A stretch of DNA of 64,000 nucleotides, taken from the NCBI GenBank assembly GCA_002695905.1, contig NZQM01000204.1:830-64829 (forward strand), written 5' to 3'. The notes beneath the pieces are model-generated. The model searched no databases. It was not told the origin of the DNA and saw only the letters and a program-made list of their open reading frames with translations. A program made the translations under genes and the position numbers. This document shows positions 35,974 through 45,691 of the stretch, piece after piece; within the stretch, counting starts at the first letter, position 1; each line of letters begins with the position of its first letter. The stretch is from Parvibaculum sp. GTDB taxonomy: Bacteria > Pseudomonadota > Alphaproteobacteria > Parvibaculales > Parvibaculaceae.

Positions 35974-37398
35974 TCAATCCCCTGCGCCAGACGGCACATC
36001 ATCGTCACTGTGAAGAGCAAGAAGCCCATCCACAATCAACCCCATTCGCGACCCAAGCGACCCTTTGACCATCACTACATCACCGTCCCCCAACTGTGAC
36101 GCAAGCTGTTCAAGCAACGCTTCAGACCCCTCCGCATATCCCGCCTTGCATGCTGCAGGCAGGTCTTCATACAAATTCTTCATCAAGGGCCCACAAGCAT
36201 AGACCTGATCAATACCGGCATCCGCGAGCGGCCCCGCAAGCCCCTGGTGCATGAGCGCTTCATCTTCTCCGAGCTCAAGCATGTCGCCCAGAACCGCGAC
36301 GCGCCGCCCAGCCCCCTCAACTTCAGCGGCGCCAAGAGTTGCAATCGCAGCCCTCATGGAAGCTGGGTTGGCGTTGTAACTTTCATCGACAACCACAAAT
36401 TGTCGGTCACCGTCATGAACAATATGGCGTTCGCCCCTGCCCTTAGGCGCATTAAGCGTCGCCAATGTCATGCCCGCGAGTGCCAGATCTGCACCCAGCG
36501 CATGCACAGCGGCAAGAATGGCGAGCGAATTCATGACGTGATGTTTGCCGGGGATGCCAAGTTTGTAGGTGATAGCCTGACCGCAGATGGATGCGGAGAT
36601 GCAGGAACAAGAAGGATGCAAAGCAACCCTCTCCAACCGGGCATCTGCCTTGTCCGACGCCCCGAAAGAAATGACATTGCCCGCTCCGGCGGCCTGAGCC
36701 CTCAAACGAAGCCGGTCAAAATGTGAATTGTCCGCATTCAGGATTGCCGTACCATCAGGCTTCAATCCATCGAAGATTTCAGCCTTCGCATCAGCAATCC
36801 CTTCGACATTCTCGAAATTGGCGAGATGTACAGGCTCGACTGTCGTGATAATGGCCACGTCAGGCTGAACCATCTGACTCAAAGGCGTGATCTCATTTGC
36901 GTGGTTCATCCCGATCTCAAAGACGCCCCACTCGGTATCAGCGGGCATCCGAGCAAGTGTCAGCGGCACGCCCCAGTGATTATTATAGGAGGCAACCGAC
37001 CCGTGGGTCCGTCCTTGTGCCTCAAGGATCGTTCGCAACGCATCTTTTGTGCTGGTCTTGCCAACACTTCCCGTCACCGCAACAATTTTTGCATCTGTTC
37101 GCGCGCGCGCAGCATGGCCGAGCGCCTGCAATCCGCTCAGTGTGTCTTCGACGACAAGAAGGCCTTCATCGGACACACCGTCGCAAGGACCCGATACCAT
37201 GGCCGCCGCCGCACCTTTGGCCAAAGCGTCCTTCACATGTTTATGGCCGTCGGAATTGTCGCCGATCAGGGCAACAAACAGATCACCCAAATCAAGGCTC
37301 CGCGTATCGATGGACACACCAACCGCGGACCAGTCGCTTTTGACGTCGCCGTCAGTGGCAAGGGCGGCCTCCGTCGATGTCCAAAGAGCTTTACTCAT
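35974..37398 (-). CDS. murF: UDP-MurNAc-tripeptide--D-Ala-D-Ala ligase
   Basis: TGSVGKTSTK, NNHWGVPLTL, EIGMNH, DESYNANP, GDMLELG. Confidence 0.97.
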   Translation of the reverse strand: MSKALWTSTEAALATDGDVKSDWSAVGVSIDTRSLDLGDLFVALIGDNSDGHKHVKDALAKGAAAAMVSGPCDGVSDEGLLVVEDTLSGLQALGHAARARTDAKIVAVTGSVGKTSTKDALRTILEAQGRTHGSVASYNNHWGVPLTLARMPADTEWGVFEIGMNHANEITPLSQMVQPDVAIITTVEPVHLANFENVEGIADAKAEIFDGLKPDGTAILNADNSHFDRLRLRAQAAGAGNVISFGASDKADARLERVALHPSCSCISASICGQAITYKLGIPGKHHVMNSLAILAAVHALGADLALAGMTLATLNAPKGRGERHIVHDGDRQFVVVDESYNANPASMRAAIATLGAAEVEGAGRRVAVLGDMLELGEDEALMHQGLAGPLADAGIDQVYACGPLMKNLYEDLPAACKAGYAEGSEALLEQLASQLGDGDVVMVKGSLGSRMGLIVDGLLALHSDDDVPSGAGD

Positions 37399-38852
37399 GC
37401 ACTCATATCCCCGGCGCTCACCGCCGCTGCAACTGCCTCATGGTCAGAGAAGGGCAGCACCTCGCTCCCGATAATCTGACCTGTCTCATGTCCTTTGCCC
37501 GCAACCACCAGGCAATCTCCCGCTTCAAGAAGAGCCACCGCCTCTGAGATTGCGAGAGCCCGGTCACCGATCTCCCGCAGCTCGGAAGCACCAGCAAGAA
37601 CTTGCCCACGGATAACTGCCGCATCTTCCGATCGGGGGTTGTCATCCGTCACAATGGTGATATCAGCCGATTGCGACGCAATTTTGCCCATTTGAGGGCG
37701 CTTGCCTTTGTCCCGATCACCACCGCACCCAAACACAACAACAAGCTTTCCGCTCACATGCGGGCGCACAGCCTCAAGTGCCGTCTCCAGAGCATCCGGG
37801 GTATGAGCATAATCGATAAAGATCGTCGCCCCATTGGCAAGATGTGCAACCTCTTCTAAGCGCCCTTTTGCCCCTTTGAGATTTTCCAAGGCGCGGAATG
37901 TCTGTTCAGCATCGCCGCCGCAGCCAATCACCAGGCCAGCAGCGACAAGCGCATTGGATGCCTGAAACTGACCCACAAGCGGCAGCATAATTTCATAGTG
38001 GGCGCCATCATGAACAATCTGGAGAACCTGACCTCTCGGTCCCGGCTGCAAACCAGCAAGACAAATGTCCCGCCCCTTGCGCCCCACAGCAACGATCTGA
38101 TGCCCTCGCGCCCAGGAAATCGCTTCAAACTCCTGTGCAAAATCAGCATCGACATTGATTACCGCAACGCCGCCTGGCCCCATGACTTCGCCGAACAAGC
38201 GCAGCTTGGCATAGAGATAGTCATCAAAATTTGCGTGATAATCGAGATGGTCTCGCGTGAGATTGGTAAATGCACTGGCGCTCACCCGAACACCATCCAG
38301 ACGATATTGTGCCAATCCGTGGCTGGACGCTTCCAGTGCCAGATGCGTGACCCGTTCTTCAGAAAGCTGCGCAAGCTCAGAATGCAGCCGCACTGGATCC
38401 GGCGTCGTATGCGCCAAAGGCCGAACACCTTCAGGCCCAACAACACCAACGGTACCCAGACTTGCCGACCTTAAGCCCAGAGACGCCCAGATTTCACGAA
38501 CGAAAGTGGCGACCGACGTCTTGCCGTTGGTGCCCGTCACCGCGGCAACCGTGTCCGGCTGCGCCCCATAAAACTGAGCAGCCAGGGCAGACAAACGACG
38601 CCGCGGATTGCGATCAGCGATCACCGGCACCTTTGTGTCAGACACAACATCCGGCCCGCCAAGGATCGCCACCGCCCCCGCTTTAACTGCCGCAGGAATA
38701 AATTTCGCACCATCTGCTTGAACACCAGGAAGCGCCGCAAAAAGATAGCCCGGCTTTACCGCACGACTGTCTGCAGTAAGTCCGGCAATATTGATCGCCC
38801 CGACATTGGGGGGAAGCACTTCCTTTGGGCCAACAAGCGCTTGAAGCTCCAT
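37395..38852 (-). CDS. murE: UDP-MurNAc-dipeptide--meso-DAP ligase
   Basis: TGTNGKTS, TTPD, EASSH, DHLDYH, DYAHTPD; DNPR motif (mDAP specificity); ATG 38852 just after the ftsI stop. Confidence 0.97.
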   Translation of the reverse strand: MELQALVGPKEVLPPNVGAINIAGLTADSRAVKPGYLFAALPGVQADGAKFIPAAVKAGAVAILGGPDVVSDTKVPVIADRNPRRRLSALAAQFYGAQPDTVAAVTGTNGKTSVATFVREIWASLGLRSASLGTVGVVGPEGVRPLAHTTPDPVRLHSELAQLSEERVTHLALEASSHGLAQYRLDGVRVSASAFTNLTRDHLDYHANFDDYLYAKLRLFGEVMGPGGVAVINVDADFAQEFEAISWARGHQIVAVGRKGRDICLAGLQPGPRGQVLQIVHDGAHYEIMLPLVGQFQASNALVAAGLVIGCGGDAEQTFRALENLKGAKGRLEEVAHLANGATIFIDYAHTPDALETALEAVRPHVSGKLVVVFGCGGDRDKGKRPQMGKIASQSADITIVTDDNPRSEDAAVIRGQVLAGASELREIGDRALAISEAVALLEAGDCLVVAGKGHETGQIIGSEVLPFSDHEAVAAAVSAGDMSA

Positions 38853-38856
38853 GGCA

Positions 38857-40587
38857 CTACTCCGCCGTCGCAAAGGAAGCGGATTGAACCGGGGAACTCC
38901 AGGACTGGACCGGGCGGAGCCCCAAGATGGGCGCAATGCGCTGAACAACGCGCGATGTGACCGGTGCAGCATTCCACCCGGCGGTTGCAAATCCATAGGT
39001 GTTTTCAGTAGCCTGCGGCTCATCAAACATGATCAGCATGGCATATTTCGGATCGTTAGCTGGAAAGGCGCTGAGAAAGGAAGTGAGAAGCGCATTACGT
39101 GCGTACCCCCCTGCCCGGGCTTTTTCCGCCGTGCCGGTTTTCCCCATCACAGGATAACCAACAACATCCGCACTACGCCCGGTGCCTCGCTCAACAACCA
39201 GCCGGTATAAGGCGCGCATGGCATCACTCGTTTCAGTCGTGAGCACCCGCGTCCGAGGCGATGCGCTGTCCCGGCGAAGGAAAGTCGGCTGCACGGCAAA
39301 TCCTCCATTGACCAACGTCGCATTGGCAGCCACCACCTGGAGTGGTGTCACTGACAATCCGTGACCATAGGAAATAGTCATTGCGGACACGTCTGTCCAA
39401 GTGCGGGGCAGAAGCGGACGTCCCGACTCCGGAAGCTCAATATCCGTCCGCGTCAACAATCCTAATTGGCCGAGGAAGCTGCGATGTTCTTCACGGCCAA
39501 GCTCCAGCACCATCTTGGCAGTACCGATATTAGAGGAATGCATAAAGAGCTCAGGCACCGTCAGAAAGCGCTTCTGAGCGTGATAGTCATTGATCGTAAA
39601 ACGGGAAACACGAATAGGCTCGCGGGCATCATATACGGTCGACAGTTGAACACGACCCGAATTGAGAGCTGCGGCAACACTGAAGGCCTTAAAGGTTGAG
39701 CCCATTTCATAGACACCAAGCGTCGCCGTATTAAATTGCGCGCGGTCAGATGCCGATCCAGGGTCGTTCGCATCAAAGTCGGGCAAAGAGGCCATCGCAA
39801 TGACCTCGCCCGTATCAATATCCAGAACCACACCCGTTGCACCGATTGCGCTGAACTCATCCAGCGCAATCTGCAATTGCGCTTGCAGCGCATGTTGAAC
39901 ACGCAGGTCCAGAGAAAGCACCAGAGGTTCACCGCTGGCTGCACCGGATCGGTCTATGTAATGTTCGATCCCAGCAATGCCCTGATTGTCGATATCAACA
40001 CCACCCAGTACATGCGCAGCAACCCGGCCATTAGGATAAACCCGCTTCTGCTCACGCTGAAAAGCGAGGCCTGGCTGACCAAGATTATGAACTGCGACCT
40101 GTTCGCGCGGCGTCAAGTCACGCTTCAACCAAACAAACGCTTTATCGCTTGAGAGCTTCTCTTCAAGCGAGTTTTGATCCAACTCTGGTAGGGCTTGCGC
40201 CAAAAGGCGCGCTGTCTCTTGAGCATTCATCACCTTGCGTGCATCTGCATACAAGGACGCGGTGATGATGTCCGTTGCCATCACCTCACCATTGCGGTCA
40301 ACGATGTCACGCCGTTGTTCCGGACCAACATTATCAACAGCAGCAATAGACCGGTCCCCACCACCGCCGGGCGCCAGACCGAGGATAACCAATCTCCCAG
40401 TCACGACCGCAAAGGCCATCGCAAACATGGCGACCGTCAACATGATCCGACGACGACCACTGTCGAGGCGGGTCACTTCTGGTGTTTTCTTGTCGCGCGG
40501 TGCGGCAAATCTCGGGCGCGCGATCAAGTCGTGCCCAAGCCTGGGGGAGACATTGTCGGCTTCACCCTGTTTGGAACGGCGTACCAT
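38857..40587 (-). CDS. ftsI: Class B penicillin-binding protein FtsI/PBP3
   Basis: TM anchor; RRDIVDRNG; STFK, SSN and KTGT transpeptidase motifs. Confidence 0.96.
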   Translation of the reverse strand: MVRRSKQGEADNVSPRLGHDLIARPRFAAPRDKKTPEVTRLDSGRRRIMLTVAMFAMAFAVVTGRLVILGLAPGGGGDRSIAAVDNVGPEQRRDIVDRNGEVMATDIITASLYADARKVMNAQETARLLAQALPELDQNSLEEKLSSDKAFVWLKRDLTPREQVAVHNLGQPGLAFQREQKRVYPNGRVAAHVLGGVDIDNQGIAGIEHYIDRSGAASGEPLVLSLDLRVQHALQAQLQIALDEFSAIGATGVVLDIDTGEVIAMASLPDFDANDPGSASDRAQFNTATLGVYEMGSTFKAFSVAAALNSGRVQLSTVYDAREPIRVSRFTINDYHAQKRFLTVPELFMHSSNIGTAKMVLELGREEHRSFLGQLGLLTRTDIELPESGRPLLPRTWTDVSAMTISYGHGLSVTPLQVVAANATLVNGGFAVQPTFLRRDSASPRTRVLTTETSDAMRALYRLVVERGTGRSADVVGYPVMGKTGTAEKARAGGYARNALLTSFLSAFPANDPKYAMLIMFDEPQATENTYGFATAGWNAAPVTSRVVQRIAPILGLRPVQSWSSPVQSASFATAE

Positions 40588-40952
40588 CAGCGCACCTCAG
40601 AACCAGATTGCGGAGCGGCCCCGGCATACCCGCCAAGCGCGCGGCGCCCATTAGGGCCAAATAGATCTTCATCACGCGGGGGCATTGGCAGATCCTCAAA
40701 CGTTGCAATCTGCGCAGCCGTAAGGGGCGCCAGGTCCAAATGACGGTCAGCCAAAGACTGCAGGCGCTCAGGCTGTGTCAGATAGCTCCATTCCGCCCGC
40801 AAAATACGTACTGCGTCTTGTTCATTCAGAATTTTCTGAGCAAGCGCTGCTTTGATCCGCTCCTGCTCTTCGACTTTGTATTTCAGGTTGTAGAGGCCAA
40901 TAGATACCGCCACCACAAGCACAACAGAGAAGACATTGAGTAGACGGATCAT
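40587..40952 (-). CDS. ftsL: Cell division protein FtsL
   Basis: TM plus coiled coil with LRAEWSYLTQPERL; between rsmH and ftsI. Confidence 0.9.
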   Translation of the reverse strand: MIRLLNVFSVVLVVAVSIGLYNLKYKVEEQERIKAALAQKILNEQDAVRILRAEWSYLTQPERLQSLADRHLDLAPLTAAQIATFEDLPMPPRDEDLFGPNGRRALGGYAGAAPQSGSEVR

Positions 40953-41980
40953 AGGAGATCTCCCTGCAAGGCAGCGAAACGCTTTATCCCCAAAGCGTCT
41001 GGGTCAAAAGGGAATGACGGCGCGTCGGTTCGCTCAGCCCCCCGCAATCGGGCAGAGCGCGACCGGGGATTAATCTCAATCTCAGATTTGCTTGCCTTCG
41101 AAGCGCCACGGGTGATTGCCTCAAATGACGGCGCTCGACCATCTTGCGCTTCGGGCATATGGCGCGATGGCCGCCCGCCTTTGCCTGTCCGCTCTGTCAG
41201 GAACCGCTTCACCAACCGGTCTTCGAGCGAATGAAACGCAACGACAGCCAAACGCCCACCAGCGTCCAGCAAACCTTCTGCAGCGACGAGCCCACGGGCG
41301 AGCTCCCCCATCTCATCATTGATAAATATGCGAAGCCCCTGAAACGTCCGTGTCGCCGGATGCACTTTGTCAGCGCGCGCGCGAGGCCCCATCACATCAG
41401 CGATCAGCTCCGCCAGCTCTGCAGTTGTCTCGAACTTCTTCTCAAGCCGCCGCTGGACAATCGCCTTTGCAACAGCCCGCGACCGCTTCTCTTCGCCATA
41501 GATCCAGATGATGGAGGCAATATCAGCTTCTTCGAACTCATTGACAATATCAGCGGCAGAAACCCCTTCCCGCGCCATGCGCATATCAAGAGGTCCTTCG
41601 CTCTGAAAAGAAAATCCACGCTCCGCCTGATCAAGCTGCATGGAGGAGACACCAACGTCGAGAGTCACACCATCCACACCACTCAAGGCGCGCTCATCAA
41701 GTACGGGCGCCACGAGCGTCGCCATATCGCCAAAACAGCCCTGAAGCAGCGTCAGACGACCCTCAAATTCCCGCTCCATTTCGCGCCCGCGATCAATCGC
41801 CGTGGGATCACGGTCAACCGCTAGAACAGAGCAGTCTGCCGCCGCCAGCAGCGCGCGCGTATAGCCACCAGCACCAAATGTTCCATCTACGTAAAGAGCA
41901 CCATCTTTGGGCGCGAGCACATCCAGCACTTCAGCCAGCATCACCGGAAAATGGGGGGAGACTGCCGGTGCCTGTGTCAC
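40949..41980 (-). CDS. rsmH: 16S rRNA m4C1402 methyltransferase
   Basis: HFPVM, DGTFGAGGY, DVGVSSMQ, GPLDMRM, FHSLEDR, NPRSRSA. Confidence 0.97.
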   Translation of the reverse strand: MTQAPAVSPHFPVMLAEVLDVLAPKDGALYVDGTFGAGGYTRALLAAADCSVLAVDRDPTAIDRGREMEREFEGRLTLLQGCFGDMATLVAPVLDERALSGVDGVTLDVGVSSMQLDQAERGFSFQSEGPLDMRMAREGVSAADIVNEFEEADIASIIWIYGEEKRSRAVAKAIVQRRLEKKFETTAELAELIADVMGPRARADKVHPATRTFQGLRIFINDEMGELARGLVAAEGLLDAGGRLAVVAFHSLEDRLVKRFLTERTGKGGRPSRHMPEAQDGRAPSFEAITRGASKASKSEIEINPRSRSARLRGAERTDAPSFPFDPDALGIKRFAALQGDLL

Positions 41981-42465
41981 GAACCGCCCCCTGTCGCAGA
42001 CGGAGATCCGGGCGGAGCATGAGGACTTTTTAGCAACCCGCCATGGCCACTTGCTTCAGCCATCGCTTCCGCAAGATAGGCCTCATACGCCTTGGGTTCC
42101 CAAAGCTGGAATTTGTTGCCGAGCCCAACAAAGGTCACGTGATCAATGATCCCAGCTTTTGAGGTCAGCATCTCAGGCAGGCTCACCCGACCATCCGCAT
42201 CAAACATCAATTCCGCAGATTGAGCTTTGAGCATGTTTGCCAGCACGTTGCGCTCGCGGGAAAAGGGATCAAGGCGGCTCAACATCGTGTCGATCTCCGC
42301 CTCAAGATCGGGGCCCCCACCTTCTATGCAGGGATCGATAAGGGAGGGAAAACAGATGATGCCGGGAAATTCCTGGGCAGCCGTCACCGACCGGAACTTA
42401 GCCGGCACAGAGATGCGCCCTTTCGCATCGATCTTGTTTGTGAATGTTCCCCGGAACGACAACAT
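41977..42465 (-). CDS. mraZ: Division/cell wall cluster repressor MraZ
   Basis: Two DXXGR motifs (DAKGR, DADGR); first gene of the dcw cluster; alternative GTG start at 42492. Confidence 0.93.
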   Translation of the reverse strand: MLSFRGTFTNKIDAKGRISVPAKFRSVTAAQEFPGIICFPSLIDPCIEGGGPDLEAEIDTMLSRLDPFSRERNVLANMLKAQSAELMFDADGRVSLPEMLTSKAGIIDHVTFVGLGNKFQLWEPKAYEAYLAEAMAEASGHGGLLKSPHAPPGSPSATGGGS

Positions 42466-42584
42466 GTCCCGCAAGCCCCCCGTACCCGACACAATTGAAT
42501 GCGACCACCTGATCGAATTCAGTCCCGTGAAAGAGGTCCGACCCTCCCAACATGGGCCGCATCTGGGTCGGCCTGCCTCTATCC

Positions 42585-42629
42585 CGGGACACTATGGGAT
42601 ACCATGGGATAATATGGGGGTCAACGGGA
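42585..42629 (-). promoter_or_regulatory. mraZ promoter with an array of five MraZ-type boxes
   Basis: YGGGR pentamers at 42585, 42595, 42605, 42615 and 42625 (exact 10-bp period) overlapping a minus-strand TTGACC-N17-TATCCC. Confidence 0.75.
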
Positions 42630-42703
42630 TTAACCAGTTAAACCTTGGGTTTGAGCGGGCTTTTGACTGTTCGCAAGGAACCAATACTCACACTTCTATT
42701 TCA

Positions 42704-42718
42704 GAACAAAGAAGGAAC
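42704..42718. promoter_or_regulatory. Alphaproteobacterial LexA (SOS) box
   Basis: GAAC-AAAGAAG-GAAC (GTTC-N7-GTTC on the minus strand), intergenic. Confidence 0.6.
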
Positions 42719-42798
42719 ATTTGCTTAAACTTGCAACACCAACACGACATCTTGAGTGCCAGACCAGGCACCTACCACTGATAGCGCTGAGGAGATAA

Positions 42799-43184
<386 letters not shown>

Positions 43185-43296
43185 GAGACTAGGAATACGC
43201 CGACATAGAGCACTTGTCGAGAAATGAGACCTCAGATGTCCGTTTTGGTAAAATACATCTCTCATGGTAAATTCCATAGTGTATAGGGGGAAGGCA

Positions 43297-43947
43297 ATGA
43301 AATCTGGCGCCAGACACAAAGTTCTACAACTCTGCCTTCTCTCGCTTGTCATCATTATGGTAGGTGCAAATTCACCCGCGATAGCAGACACAAAGCGCGA
43401 GCTTGCTGAATGCGCCGCGAAAGAAAGCTCTGCTGAGCGTTTGGTTTGCTACGACGATTTGGCCCAAAGCTTAGGCGTCGACAAACCGACAACCCAAACA
43501 TCAACTCATGGACAATGGAGGGTGCGGACTGAAGTCTCACCTATAGACGATTCTCAAAACGTCTATATTTCGCTTTCAGCAGAAACACCGTTTAAAGGCT
43601 GGCTAAAAAGCGAGTTCGGCACCCTAATGCTTCGATGCAAGGAAAACCGCACTTCAGCCTTTGTTGTGACTGGAATGGCAGCGCAATCTGGCTATCGTCG
43701 CCACGACCAGTCCGAGACCACTATTCGGTACGACCGCGATAACGCCATCAAAATCTGGATGAATGAGAGCACAGACAACACTGCACTTTTCTTTCCGAAT
43801 CCAATTTCTGAAATCAAGCGAATGATGCAACACGAAACGATGTTGTTTCAATTTCTACCATTCAACTCAAGCTCTAGCATGACCACTTTTGTTATCGCTG
43901 GATTGAGCGAAGCCATAGTCCCCCTGCGAGAAGCGTGTAGCTGGTAA
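43297..43947 (+). CDS. Exported VasI/TagO-like protein (T6SS-associated family), orphan
   Basis: Signal peptide; C-x(8)-RLVCYD helical hairpin; W...SPIDDS and LMLRCKEN motifs; C-terminal ACSW. Confidence 0.65.
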   Translation: MKSGARHKVLQLCLLSLVIIMVGANSPAIADTKRELAECAAKESSAERLVCYDDLAQSLGVDKPTTQTSTHGQWRVRTEVSPIDDSQNVYISLSAETPFKGWLKSEFGTLMLRCKENRTSAFVVTGMAAQSGYRRHDQSETTIRYDRDNAIKIWMNESTDNTALFFPNPISEIKRMMQHETMLFQFLPFNSSSSMTTFVIAGLSEAIVPLREACSW

Positions 43948-43966
43948 CAGACAGAATGCTCGCACT

Positions 43967-44701
43967 CTACCGCGCGTCCCGCAAAAGACGCAGTGTGCCG
44001 ACGGTCGACAGGTCCGCAGCCCCATCCACCTGAACCGGGCGAAAGTGCCGCTGAAACGCCGTGACAATGTCCGCTGTTACAACACCGAACCACCCATCAA
44101 CGGCAATGCCATAACCATAATCCGCCAGCTGAAACTGAAGTTCGGCTACTTGGTCCCCTCTGTCTCCCAGGCTCAGAACTGGGCCGTCTATCGGTTCTAC
44201 TGGCGACACCCAATGCCCCACACCAGCGTCGGAGAGCAGACCCCAGGGAAACTTCTCGCCAGGATCCGACTTGCGCCCAGGTGCCACATCGGAATGCGCC
44301 AGCACCCGCGCCGATGCGATCTCGTTCCGCCGTACAATGTCGGCTGCAAGTGCCGTCACAGCATCGATTTGTGCACCAGGAAAATCCGGATACCCAAGCT
44401 CATGACCCGCATTGACAATCTCAATCCCGATCGACCGGCTGTTAATGTCAGCTTCGCCTGCCCAGCTTGCGACCCCCGCGTGCCAGGCGCGCCTCTCCTC
44501 GTCGACCATTGAGATAATGCGTCCATCTTCAAACACCAGATAGTGTGCGCTCACTTGGGCCGCCGGGTCACACAGGCGCTCCAGCGCGCCCTCCCCGGTC
44601 TCCATGCCGGTATAATGCAGGAGCAGCATGTCGGCGGCTCCGCCGATCCGCTCATTGTGGTTGGGTGACGGTTGCACCTGAATTTTATCGAGGATCGACA
44701 T
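43967..44701 (-). CDS. N-acetylmuramoyl-L-alanine amidase (Amidase_2 plus PG-binding domain)
   Basis: LHYTGM, VSAHY, RAWHAG, SIGIEIVN, HSDVAPGRKSDPG, AFQRHFRP. Confidence 0.94.
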   Translation of the reverse strand: MSILDKIQVQPSPNHNERIGGAADMLLLHYTGMETGEGALERLCDPAAQVSAHYLVFEDGRIISMVDEERRAWHAGVASWAGEADINSRSIGIEIVNAGHELGYPDFPGAQIDAVTALAADIVRRNEIASARVLAHSDVAPGRKSDPGEKFPWGLLSDAGVGHWVSPVEPIDGPVLSLGDRGDQVAELQFQLADYGYGIAVDGWFGVVTADIVTAFQRHFRPVQVDGAADLSTVGTLRLLRDAR

Positions 44702-45566
44702 CTACGAACGGCTCTTCTTTGCGCGCTTGGCGAATATTGACGATCAACACGCCCACAAGGGATACGAGTCCACCAAGTACCATTCTGATGGTCAGCTCAT
44801 CTCCAAGCAATGTCACACCAAAAAAGACTGTGAACAAAGGAGCCAGAAGCGTTAAGGGCGCGGTCTGCGAAACCTCGTAGCGTTGGAGCAAATAGTAGAT
44901 GCCCGCATGCCCCACAAGGCTGGAAGCAAAGGCCACATAGAAAATGCCTGACCAGGCGAGCAGGCTGGCGCTCTCGATGATCTCAAGGTGATTGCTCTCA
45001 AAGGCAAAGGACGCGCCCAGCAGGAAGGGGGCGGCTATCACAGCAACCCAGGCCTGCAATTCAAACACGCCAACATCTTTGATCTGACGCTGGAAGATCG
45101 TCCCGATGGATCCCACAAAGGCGGACGCAGTAACCAGCAAAATGCCGGTCAAAAAGCTGAACACGGCAGGATCAAAGCTCATAATCATCACACCCGCGAA
45201 GGCGAGCGAAATGCCCAGCCAACGCCGCCAGTAAATCTGCTCCTTCAAGAAGAGGACCGACATGACAGCGGAAATGGGAACGCCCAACTGGGTGACAATG
45301 GCAACCACCGAAGCGTCTGCCGCTGCAAGCCCCAGAAAGAAAAAACCAAACCCAAGGGGTCCCGCGCACAGCGAAATGATGATGACATCCCGCATACGGC
45401 CCTTAAGAATCCGCAGGAACGGAAACAGCACGACCACGATCAGCGCAAAGCGAATACCCGCAAACAGGAACGGTGGAAAATGCTCAAGGCTCACCTTCCC
45501 GGCAACCAGAGCAAAGCCCCAGATGAGGTTGATCAAAACCATGAAAGCGGCGTGTTCACGGGTCAT
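44685..45566 (-). CDS. DMT/EamA family transporter
   Basis: About 10 TM helices with a duplicated EamA pattern (IWG...RF; FLKE; LLGDEL). Confidence 0.92.
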   Translation of the reverse strand: MTREHAAFMVLINLIWGFALVAGKVSLEHFPPFLFAGIRFALIVVVLFPFLRILKGRMRDVIIISLCAGPLGFGFFFLGLAAADASVVAIVTQLGVPISAVMSVLFLKEQIYWRRWLGISLAFAGVMIMSFDPAVFSFLTGILLVTASAFVGSIGTIFQRQIKDVGVFELQAWVAVIAAPFLLGASFAFESNHLEIIESASLLAWSGIFYVAFASSLVGHAGIYYLLQRYEVSQTAPLTLLAPLFTVFFGVTLLGDELTIRMVLGGLVSLVGVLIVNIRQARKEEPFVDVDPR

Positions 45567-45691
45567 CGCGAGGCGACCCGTGTCGATCTAGCAAAGGCGC
45601 CGCAAGACCGTTCTTGCGCTGGTCTGCGGGAAGATCGGCTGGCTCTGGTTTTTTTGATTTTCTTGTCCACCCGATGTTCCATTCTTACGAG

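Noticed and set aside
38853..39026. Apparent N-terminal extension of MurE
   Set aside because: Lies within ftsI; ATG 38852 is the natural start
42630..42641. TTAA-CCAG-TTAA near the mraZ promoter as a CtrA box
   Set aside because: Spacing is 4 nt, not 7
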